In this document: positions 1 to 6,869 of the stretch, in pieces
How the letters are laid out: each line of letters begins with the position of its first letter
Numbering within the stretch: the stretch's first letter is position 1
Source of the DNA: Flavobacteriaceae bacterium
GTDB taxonomy: Bacteria > Bacteroidota > Bacteroidia > Flavobacteriales > Flavobacteriaceae
Assembly: GCA_030836435.1 (NCBI GenBank)
Contig: JAURPW010000046.1
Coordinates: 1-25,110, forward strand
Direction: 5' to 3'
DNA: 25,110 nucleotides
Translations under genes and position numbers: made by a program
Notes under the pieces: generated by a model
What the model saw: only the letters and a program-made list of their open reading frames with translations
Database searches by the model: none
What the model was told of the DNA's origin: nothing

Positions 1-1
1 A

Positions 2-400
2 ACCACACCGATCAGGCCGATCGACGTTGCAGAGGCCGTTTGCGCCATAAGAAGCTCAAAGCTGCCCGATCCGAAAATCATTGGAAATGCGGGAAGTTTC
101 TTTAAGACTCCGGTGGTGTCTGCCGAGAAGGCCAAACCGCTTCGCTCTATAGACAGTGAAACACCCCTATACGCTCAATCCGACGGAAGCTTTAAGGTAG
201 CCGCTGGCTGGCTTATTGATCGACTAAAGCTAAAGGGGTTTAAAAGGGGTAAAGCCGCCGTACACGACAAACAAGCGCTTGTGCTGGTCAATACCGGAGG
301 GGCAAGCGGCAAAGAAATTTTTGATCTAAGTGCTCACATCAAGCAACAAGTAGCCGAAACTTATGGCATTGAACTTGAAGAAGAGGTCACTATTTACTAG
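2..400 (+). CDS. murB: UDP-N-acetylenolpyruvoylglucosamine reductase MurB, 3' part (5' end lies outside the window)
   Basis: Frame 2 is open from base 2, upstream of the ORF-track start at 113. It reads TTPIRPIDVAEAVCAIRSSKLPDPKIIGNAGSFFKTP...AAGWLID...GAAVHDKQALVLVN...IELEEEV, the MurB C-terminal motifs (IRxSKLPDP, GNAGSFFK, HxKQALVLVN). Confidence 0.95.
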   Translation, partial: TTPIRPIDVAEAVCAIRSSKLPDPKIIGNAGSFFKTPVVSAEKAKPLRSIDSETPLYAQSDGSFKVAAGWLIDRLKLKGFKRGKAAVHDKQALVLVNTGGASGKEIFDLSAHIKQQVAETYGIELEEEVTIY

Positions 401-421
401 CAGAGTTCTTACCTTTACACT

Positions 422-619
422 ATGAAATTAGTTTTACTCACTGCAGGCTTACTTTTACTTTCTTTTGCAGGTATAGCGATAAAGCTTTGGGCTAAAAAAG
501 ACGGAAAATTTTCAGGAACCTGCGCCAGTCAGAGCCCTTTTCTGAACAAAGACGGAGAAAGCTGCAGCTACTGCGGAAAGACCGCAGATGAAATGTGCAA
601 AAAAGAGGCAGTTAATTAG
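422..619 (+). CDS. Small single-TM membrane protein with four cysteines (G-T-C34 ... C48xxC51 ... C59); NqrM-like architecture
   Basis: 65-aa ORF with an N-terminal hydrophobic helix, a basic KKDGK stretch and four Cys. It fills the gap between murB and the sigma factor. The NqrM relationship is inference. Confidence 0.8.
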   Translation: MKLVLLTAGLLLLSFAGIAIKLWAKKDGKFSGTCASQSPFLNKDGESCSYCGKTADEMCKKEAVN

Positions 620-624
620 CGATT

Positions 625-1176
625 TTGAATCCAGAGTCTAACGCATCACTTATCGATCGTGCCTTAAGCGGTGACCAATCCGCCTTCAACACCCTTCTCA
701 ACAATCACTGGCAAGAGGTTTACTTCTTCTTGCTCAAGCGCACCGCAAACGAATTAGACGCAGAAGATATCGCCATTCAAACCTTCTCGCGCGCTTTTGA
801 GAAGTTGTCTAGCTACGACTCTGCCTTTCAATTCAACACCTGGCTCATATCTATTTCTAAGAACTTGCACATCGATCTGATTAGGGCAAGAAATCGATCG
901 CGCAGCGAAGAGCGACTAAACGCCGATACCGAACTGGTACTTGACGAAAGCCCTAACCACGAAGACCAGCTTATACTTGAGCAAAGTCAACACCAGCTAT
1001 TGGATTTCATTCACAAGCTCAACCCGCGCTACCAAAAACTGATCGAGCTCTTTTACTTCGAGTCGAATTCTATTCGAGAGATCTCAATCTTACTCGAAGA
1101 GAGCGAAAACAACGTTAAGGTGACTCTTCTTAGGGCAAGGCGAAGTCTCGCTGAAATTCTAAGGAATAACCCTTAA
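625..1176 (+). CDS. ECF-type RNA polymerase sigma-70 factor
   Basis: Region 2 motifs DAEDIAIQTFSRAF and FNTWLISISKNLHID; region 4.2 SIREISILLEESENNVKVTLLRARRSL; 183 aa; TTG start. Confidence 0.93.
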   Translation: MNPESNASLIDRALSGDQSAFNTLLNNHWQEVYFFLLKRTANELDAEDIAIQTFSRAFEKLSSYDSAFQFNTWLISISKNLHIDLIRARNRSRSEERLNADTELVLDESPNHEDQLILEQSQHQLLDFIHKLNPRYQKLIELFYFESNSIREISILLEESENNVKVTLLRARRSLAEILRNNP

Positions 1177-1181
1177 TTTTG
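1174..1181 (+). promoter_or_regulatory. Bacteroidota -7 promoter element (TAATTTTG) for lipA, overlapping the sigma-factor stop codon
   Basis: Exact TAnnTTTG match 14 nt upstream of the lipA ATG; no clear -33 TTTG seen. Confidence 0.5.
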
Positions 1182-1195
1182 ATAAAAATTGTCGC

Positions 1196-2074
1196 ATGGA
1201 ATCTGCCGTAGAAAACAAGACCGAAACCACTCGCGTAGCTAAACCCAAATGGATCAGGGTAACCCTGCCGACAGGGCAGAAATACAAGCAACTTAGATCG
1301 TTGGTAGACACCTATAACCTGAACACCATTTGCACCTCTGGAAGTTGTCCAAATATGGGCGAATGTTGGGGCGAAGGAACGGCGACTTTTATGATCTTAG
1401 GCAACATCTGTACGCGCTCTTGCGGATTTTGTGGGGTGCAAACCGGCAGGCCTGAAAAAGTAGATTACGCCGAGCCTGAAAAAGTGGCCCGTTCTATCAA
1501 GGTGATGGGCATCAAGCATGCCGTTCTCACCTCGGTAGACCGAGATGATCTAAAAGATATGGGGTCTATTCTGTGGGCTGAGACCATTCGTGCGGTCAGA
1601 CGCATGAATCCTCATACCACTATGGAAACCCTGATTCCAGATTTTCAAGGCATAACGGAGCACCTAGACCGCATTATAGATGCAGCACCCGAGGTCATCT
1701 CGCACAATATAGAGACCGTAAAAAGGCTTACCAGATCCGTTCGCATTCAAGCGAAATACGAAAGAAGTATGGAGGTTTTGGCCTACCTGAAATCGGCTGG
1801 GGCGAGACGCACCAAATCGGGTATAATGCTTGGGTTGGGTGAGACCGAAGAAGAGGTTTTTCAGACGCTCAGAGACTTGAGAGCCGTTGATGTCGATGTG
1901 GTTACTATCGGACAGTACTTGCAGCCTTCAAAAAAACACCTACCCGTCTCTTCGTTTATCACTCCAGAACAGTTCAAGGTGTATGAGACGTTCGGATTAG
2001 AACTCGGATTCAGACACGTAGAAAGCGGCCCTTTAGTGCGCTCTTCTTACAAAGCACACAAGCACATCGATTAA
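1196..2074 (+). CDS. lipA: Lipoyl synthase
   Basis: Auxiliary cluster motif CTSGSCPNMGEC, radical SAM motif CTRSCGFC, and HNIET, TKSGIMLGLGET, GQYLQP and C-terminal RSSY motifs. Confidence 0.98.
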   Translation: MESAVENKTETTRVAKPKWIRVTLPTGQKYKQLRSLVDTYNLNTICTSGSCPNMGECWGEGTATFMILGNICTRSCGFCGVQTGRPEKVDYAEPEKVARSIKVMGIKHAVLTSVDRDDLKDMGSILWAETIRAVRRMNPHTTMETLIPDFQGITEHLDRIIDAAPEVISHNIETVKRLTRSVRIQAKYERSMEVLAYLKSAGARRTKSGIMLGLGETEEEVFQTLRDLRAVDVDVVTIGQYLQPSKKHLPVSSFITPEQFKVYETFGLELGFRHVESGPLVRSSYKAHKHID

Positions 2075-3090
2075 CCTGCTGCGGGTTTTCGATCAAACAA
2101 GCCCTCTTCAATGCGTTTTACAAACTGCGCATGGGAATCGAATAATAGCTGGTGCTCTACTTCTACCAGTACGCGCTGCGGTAAGTAATCTTTCCACAAT
2201 GGAGCCAACTTTACTTCATCTTTTGAAGTCGTTAGCACATAGGCATAGCCCTTTAAAGCGCTAAGATCCGAATCGGTATAGTGATGGTGATCGGGCTTTT
2301 CGAAAAAATCAAAGGTGAGCCCCAGCCCCAACAAGTCGTCTTTTAGTTGCTGGGCATCTGCCAAGCCAGTGATCAGGGCTATACGCTGGTTTACCAAAAG
2401 AGGCAGCTGACTTAAAAACTGCTCACTGTATCGACTGCAGGCAAAAAACACTTCTTTGAAACACTTTCGGTTAATTCGCACCCTAATGGCTTCTGCCTCG
2501 GCCCGGCCCAACTGTTGAGGGCATTTGGTCACTAGCACGAAATCGGCTCGATTTAATTGATTCTTATGATCTCTAAGTCTGCCCAGAGGCAAGTAGTGAT
2601 CGGCATAGAAAGGCCATTGATAGGTAGTCAGCAGCAGGTTTAAAGAGGCCCTTATACGTCTATGCTGAAAAGCGTCATCTAGAATGGCGGCTTCTAAGTC
2701 TTCACTCTTTAGTAGTTGTTCAATGGCATTTAGCCTATCCGTATCAACGGCCACCGTAACCTGTGATTTAAACTGCTGATAGAGCTGAAGGGGCTCATCA
2801 CCCACACTGAGGGCCGTATCGCTTTCAGACAGGCGTCTAAACCCTTTTGATTTTCGCTTATAGCCCCTTGAAATCACAGCTACTCGGTGATCTGAAATGC
2901 AATAGCGCAGAATGAATTCAATCATGGGTGTTTTTCCCGATCCGCCTACCGAAAGATTTCCTACCACTAAGCTGTTTACGCTTGGCCTATAACTTTTTAA
3001 CCACCCCCAATCGTACAGGGCATTACGCACATAGACTACCAGTTGGTAGATCAGAGAAATGGGCCATAATAGCGGTCTAAAGAAGGGCAT
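2071..3090 (-). CDS. lpxK: Tetraacyldisaccharide (lipid A) 4'-kinase
   Basis: VGNLSVGGSGKTP P-loop, SRGYKR, GDEP, LDDAFQHRR, PLGRLRD and PDHH motifs. Confidence 0.96.
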   Translation of the reverse strand: MPFFRPLLWPISLIYQLVVYVRNALYDWGWLKSYRPSVNSLVVGNLSVGGSGKTPMIEFILRYCISDHRVAVISRGYKRKSKGFRRLSESDTALSVGDEPLQLYQQFKSQVTVAVDTDRLNAIEQLLKSEDLEAAILDDAFQHRRIRASLNLLLTTYQWPFYADHYLPLGRLRDHKNQLNRADFVLVTKCPQQLGRAEAEAIRVRINRKCFKEVFFACSRYSEQFLSQLPLLVNQRIALITGLADAQQLKDDLLGLGLTFDFFEKPDHHHYTDSDLSALKGYAYVLTTSKDEVKLAPLWKDYLPQRVLVEVEHQLLFDSHAQFVKRIEEGLFDRKPAAG

Positions 3091-3095
3091 CCCGG

Positions 3096-3114
3096 CGAAA
3101 TTATGATAAATTCG
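3096..3114. promoter_or_regulatory. Back-to-back divergent -7-like elements (TAATTTCG on -, TAAATTCG on +) between lpxK and the NIF3 gene
   Basis: CGAAATTA-TGA-TAAATTCG in the 47-bp divergent gap; both are TAnnTTCG variants of TAnnTTTG. Confidence 0.4.
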
Positions 3115-3137
3115 TAGAACCCTTAATTCATTTCTAT

Positions 3138-3923
3138 ATGCGTGTGCAAGATGTTTGCGATCAATTAGCCCTATGGGCCCCTAACGAACTCGCCGAAGAT
3201 TTCGATAATGTGGGGCTACTCGTAGGAAATCCTGAAGATAGCGTAAAGGGCATTTTAGTCTGTCACGATGCGTTAGAAGCGGTAATTGATGAGGCTATTG
3301 CCGTGGGGGCTTCGATGGTGGTCTGCTTTCATCCCATTATTTTTTCAGGGCTTAAAAAAATAACTACAGATCACTATGTGGCTCGAAGCGTCATGAAGGC
3401 TATCAAACACTCCGTAGCTATATATGCCCTGCACACCGCTTTAGATAAAATAAACGGAGGCGTTAGCGACCTTATGGCCGATGCACTAAAATTAGAGCGG
3501 CGCCATATACTCATGCCTGAAACAGAGCATTACGGATTTGGTAGAATTGGAGTTTTGCCAAATCCGCTAAACCCCACCGACTTTCTGGCACTTCTTGGTC
3601 AAACATTCAAAACTGCCGTAGTGAAACACTCTGCTCTGGGATCAAACCGCATTGAAAAGGTGGCTGTTCTCGGAGGAAGCGGAGCCTTCGCTATTGAAAA
3701 GGCAAAAGAGCAAGGCGCAGACGCCTACGTTAGCGCTGACTTCAAGTACCACGACTTTTTTAAGGCCGATACAGACTTTCTTTTGGCCGATATAGGGCAT
3801 TACGAGTCAGAGCGCTTTACAAAAAACGCAATAGCTCAAAAGCTTAGGGAAAAATTTCCTAATTTTGCCGTCACTTTATCAGAACTCAATACCAATCCGG
3901 TCAAGTACTATACCTATGGCTAA
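3138..3923 (+). CDS. NIF3/DUF34 (YbgI-like) dinuclear metal-centre protein, short form
   Basis: AEDFDNVGLLVG, VCFHPIIF, YALHTALD, KVAVLGGSG, DFKYHDF and DIGHYESE motifs. Confidence 0.93.
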   Translation: MRVQDVCDQLALWAPNELAEDFDNVGLLVGNPEDSVKGILVCHDALEAVIDEAIAVGASMVVCFHPIIFSGLKKITTDHYVARSVMKAIKHSVAIYALHTALDKINGGVSDLMADALKLERRHILMPETEHYGFGRIGVLPNPLNPTDFLALLGQTFKTAVVKHSALGSNRIEKVAVLGGSGAFAIEKAKEQGADAYVSADFKYHDFFKADTDFLLADIGHYESERFTKNAIAQKLREKFPNFAVTLSELNTNPVKYYTYG

Positions 3924-4698
3924 AGCTAAAGAAATGAGTGTCGAAGAGAAACTTAGAGCGCTCTACGACCTGCAGTTAATTGATTCACGAATAGACACGA
4001 TTCAAAACTTAAGAGGTGAGCTGCCTATGGAGGTGGAAGATTTGGAAGATGAGGTAGAAGGTCTTAAGACGCGTTTAGCCAAACACGAAGAAGACATAGA
4101 AACACTCAACGCCCAAATTGGAGTTAAGAAAAATGCCATTGAAGAGTCAAAGACGCTCATCAAAAAATACGCCGACCAACAAAAAAATGTGCGCAATAGC
4201 CGGGAGTTTAATTCCCTTAGCAAAGAGGTAGAATTTCAAGAACTCGAAATACAATTAGCCGAGAAGCACATCAAAGAATTCAAGGTTAAGATCGAGCAGA
4301 AAAATGAAATCATTGAGCAGACCAAAGAGAAGCTAGCCGAAAGAGAGGCCCACCTCAACCACAAAAAGGCTGAACTCGATACGTTGCTTGAAGAAACCGC
4401 CAAAGAAGAGCAATCTCTGATTAAGCTTTCTGAAGAATACAAATCAAGCATGGATGAGCGTCTTTCTTACGCTTATTCACGCATTCGTGCATCTGTAGCC
4501 AATAAATTGGCAGTTGTTTCAGTAGAGCGCGGAGCTTCAGGTGGGTCGTTCTTCACCCTTCCGCCTCAAGTTCAAGTAGAGATCGCTGCCAGAAAACGAG
4601 TCATTACCGATGAGCACAGCGGACGCATCTTGGTAGACCCTACACTTGCTGAAGAGCAGCAAGAGAAAATGCAAGCCGTTTTTAAGAAGCTGGCCTAA
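3916..4698 (+). CDS. DUF164 / CT398(CdsZ)/HP0958-like long coiled-coil protein with a degenerate C-terminal zinc ribbon
   Basis: LYDLQLIDSRID N-terminus, long heptad-rich coiled coil and IPPQ/GRIL-type C-terminal motif (TLPPQ...SGRILVD). Start placed at ATG 3916 (8-bp overlap with the NIF3 gene) rather than 3865. Confidence 0.9.
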   Translation: MAKAKEMSVEEKLRALYDLQLIDSRIDTIQNLRGELPMEVEDLEDEVEGLKTRLAKHEEDIETLNAQIGVKKNAIEESKTLIKKYADQQKNVRNSREFNSLSKEVEFQELEIQLAEKHIKEFKVKIEQKNEIIEQTKEKLAEREAHLNHKKAELDTLLEETAKEEQSLIKLSEEYKSSMDERLSYAYSRIRASVANKLAVVSVERGASGGSFFTLPPQVQVEIAARKRVITDEHSGRILVDPTLAEEQQEKMQAVFKKLA

Positions 4699-4768
4699 TT
4701 CCAGTTTTTAGCCTTAAGCTTTTTCAAATTAATCACCGACTAGCGGGCAAACTACCTCGAGTTTAGTG

Positions 4769-4776
4769 TATTTTTG
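4769..4776 (+). promoter_or_regulatory. -7 promoter element (TATTTTTG) of the flavin reductase/photolyase operon
   Basis: Exact TAnnTTTG match 30 nt upstream of the TTG start at 4807. Confidence 0.55.
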
Positions 4777-4806
4777 TTTAATGATTAATATTAAATCTTA
4801 AACAAA
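4773..4806. promoter_or_regulatory. 34-bp near-perfect palindrome, putative repressor operator
   Basis: TTTGTTTAA-tga-TTAATATTAA-atc-TTAAACAAA: 14 of 17 symmetric pairs are complementary. It overlaps the -7 element and ends at the base before the start codon. Confidence 0.65.
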
Positions 4807-5433
4807 TTGATCAGCCTCAACTCAGAAGCTCTAGCGCAACTACCTAGTCGTCAGCGAGCAACACTCATAAATAACCTCTGCGGACTTCGCTCAGCCAACC
4901 TCATCGCCACAAGAGGAACGGCCACCACCAACCTGGCTATTTTCAACTCGGTCATTCATTTGGGAAGCGACCCCGCCTTAATCGGAATAGTCTTCAGGCC
5001 TTTAACTGTAGAGCGTCACACCTACGATAACATCAAGGAGTTTAAAGCATTTACAGTCAATGCCGTGAGTGAGTCGATTGTAGCGAAAGCGCATCAGACC
5101 AGTGCTAAATACCCTGAAACCGTGTCCGAGTTTGAGGCGGTTGGATTAACCCCTCTATACCGAGAAGAAACACACCTACCTTTTGTAGCGGAGAGCCCTA
5201 TCCAACTCTTGTGCAGCTATAGCCAAGAGCATGTGCTAGAGAACGGCTGTGTGCTGCTGACCGCCCATATCGAAACGGTATACATTCAGCAATCGGCCCT
5301 TGATACCGACATGTTTGTAAATCATAGTAAGGCCAATACCATGGCCGTAGGCGGTCTCGATGCCTATTACCACGTTACTCTTGAAGGCCGGTACGCCTAT
5401 GCCAAAGTAGATGAACCCCCTAAGTTGCTTTAA
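4807..5433 (+). CDS. Flavin reductase-like (DIM6/NTAB family) FMN-binding split-barrel protein
   Basis: NLAIFNSVIHLGSDPALIG, RHTYDNI, FTVNAV, AHQTSAKYP, SEFEAVGLT and PFVAESPI pattern typical of this family. Confidence 0.85.
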   Translation: MISLNSEALAQLPSRQRATLINNLCGLRSANLIATRGTATTNLAIFNSVIHLGSDPALIGIVFRPLTVERHTYDNIKEFKAFTVNAVSESIVAKAHQTSAKYPETVSEFEAVGLTPLYREETHLPFVAESPIQLLCSYSQEHVLENGCVLLTAHIETVYIQQSALDTDMFVNHSKANTMAVGGLDAYYHVTLEGRYAYAKVDEPPKLL

Positions 5434-5436
5434 GTA

Positions 5437-5580
5437 GTGGCCCATCGAAAACCCAACCTTCCTGAAAAAATATGTAAGCATTGCCTGCGCCCATTCAGCT
5501 GGCGAAAAAAATGGGAACGCGATTGGCCTGAGGTTAAGTATTGTAGTAAAAAATGTGCCAAAGAGCACCGAACAAAATGA
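5437..5580 (+). CDS. DUF2256 domain-containing protein (47 aa; absent from the supplied ORF track)
   Basis: GTG at 5437 gives (M)[46 protein letters not shown]. This matches the LPxKxCxxCxRPFxWRKKWxxxWxxVKYCSxxC signature and fills the gap between flanking genes (3-nt gap upstream, ATGA overlap downstream). Confidence 0.92.
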   Translation: MAHRKPNLPEKICKHCLRPFSWRKKWERDWPEVKYCSKKCAKEHRTK

Positions 5581-6869
5581 ATGATTCTAACGCCCTAGTA
5601 CTACTTAACGAATGCTTGAGAATTCAAGACAATCCGCTCCTCGAGCTGGCGTCTAAACATTCAGGAGTACAAGCCGTTTACCTTTTTGATCGTAAACCCA
5701 TTGCCCTATTTAATGAGCCCTTTTTGCCTAAAGCTTACTTTGCGCGCAAATTTGAAATGGAGTGCTTAACCGATACGCAAGAGGCATTACATGCATTGGG
5801 TATTAATCTTCAATTGTGTGAAAACAAAGCAGAATCACTCGAACAGCTCATCAATGAACACTGTATTTCAACCATTTATAGCAGTCTGTTGAGTACCACT
5901 TACGAACGTAATCTCAAGCGCAACCTAATGGAACGCTTTGAGCCAAATGCGCTTAAATGGATCGAAAAACCGCTCGCCTATTTGATTAAACCACAAAACG
6001 CGCCGTTCTCGATTGAGGCGCTTCCGGAGGTGTTCACGGTGTTTCGTAAAAAAATCGAAGCCAGGCTTTCAATAGACAAGCCCTCGAAGGCCATTGAGAA
6101 AATGGAGCAGAACAGCCTATTTAGGGCGCACAAGACACTCCTACCCTCTCTGGCAGAGCTGGGCTATACCGATCAAACAAGCGACGAACGAACGGCGCAT
6201 CCGTTTGTCGGAGGTGAGCGTGCGGCTCACCAGCGCGTAAACGACTATTTTTTTGAACGAAGATTAGTGTCGCGCTACAAACAAACCCGTAACGGCCTTA
6301 TTGGAGAGGCGTACAGCACCAAGTTTTCAGCCTTTTTAGCTTTGGGTTGCATAAGCCCTCAATCGGTTTATGCCTACCTCCGAAACTACGAGCAATCTGT
6401 AGAGCAAAATGAAGATACCTATTGGGTCTTTTTTGAATTGCTTTGGCGCGATTACTTCAAGTATCTAAGTCTGAAACACGGTGACCGAATCTTTAAGCTT
6501 GGAGGTATTAAAAACAGAGATTACCCCTGGCAGCAAAACAAACAGGCCTTTAACGATTGGGTTAATGGCCAAACCAAAGATCGATTCGTCAATGCCATCA
6601 TGCGCGAATTGAAACAAACCGGCTATACCAGCAACAGAGGGCGACAAAATGCAGCGAGCTACTGGGCCAAGACCTTGAAGCAAGACTGGCGTATTGGAGC
6701 AACCTATTTTCAAATTCAACTGATTGATTACGACGTGCACAGTAATTGGGGCAACTGGAATTACGTGAGCGGCGTAGGCAACGATCCTAGAGACCGCGTT
6801 TTCAATACTCAGATCCAGGCCGATCGTTACGATCCAGATCAACGTTACCAACAGCTATGGGAAGACTAA
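5577..6869 (+). CDS. DASH-family cryptochrome / photolyase
   Basis: [43 protein letters not shown] and [24 protein letters not shown] motifs; Trp-triad positions appear retained. Start placed at ATG 5577 (ATGA coupling). Confidence 0.92.
   Translation: MNDSNALVLLNECLRIQDNPLLELASKHSGVQAVYLFDRKPIALFNEPFLPKAYFARKFEMECLTDTQEALHALGINLQLCENKAESLEQLINEHCISTIYSSLLSTTYERNLKRNLMERFEPNALKWIEKPLAYLIKPQNAPFSIEALPEVFTVFRKKIEARLSIDKPSKAIEKMEQNSLFRAHKTLLPSLAELGYTDQTSDERTAHPFVGGERAAHQRVNDYFFERRLVSRYKQTRNGLIGEAYSTKFSAFLALGCISPQSVYAYLRNYEQSVEQNEDTYWVFFELLWRDYFKYLSLKHGDRIFKLGGIKNRDYPWQQNKQAFNDWVNGQTKDRFVNAIMRELKQTGYTSNRGRQNAASYWAKTLKQDWRIGATYFQIQLIDYDVHSNWGNWNYVSGVGNDPRDRVFNTQIQADRYDPDQRYQQLWED

Noticed and set aside
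3865-3915. ORF-track upstream extensions (3865, 5553, 8970, 10610, 15064, 15548, 20574, 22950)
   Set aside because: They run into neighbouring genes or promoters. Downstream ATGs (3916, 5577, 9015, 10598, 15106, 15554, 20436, 22926) give proper signal peptides, family N-termini or translational coupling.
4002-4451. Minus-strand ORFs 4002..4223 and 4236..4451 (Ser/Phe/Leu-rich)
   Set aside because: Antisense shadows of the Glu/Lys-rich coiled-coil gene; their composition follows from reverse-complemented GAA/AAA codons.
4749-4764. Small hairpin AAACT-acctcg-AGTTT as a terminator for the DUF164 gene
   Set aside because: Only a 5-bp AT-rich stem with no U-tract.
5236-5568. 110-aa minus-strand ORF across the flavin reductase/DUF2256 junction
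   Set aside because: It overlaps two plus-strand genes with strong family motifs and has no recognisable motif of its own.
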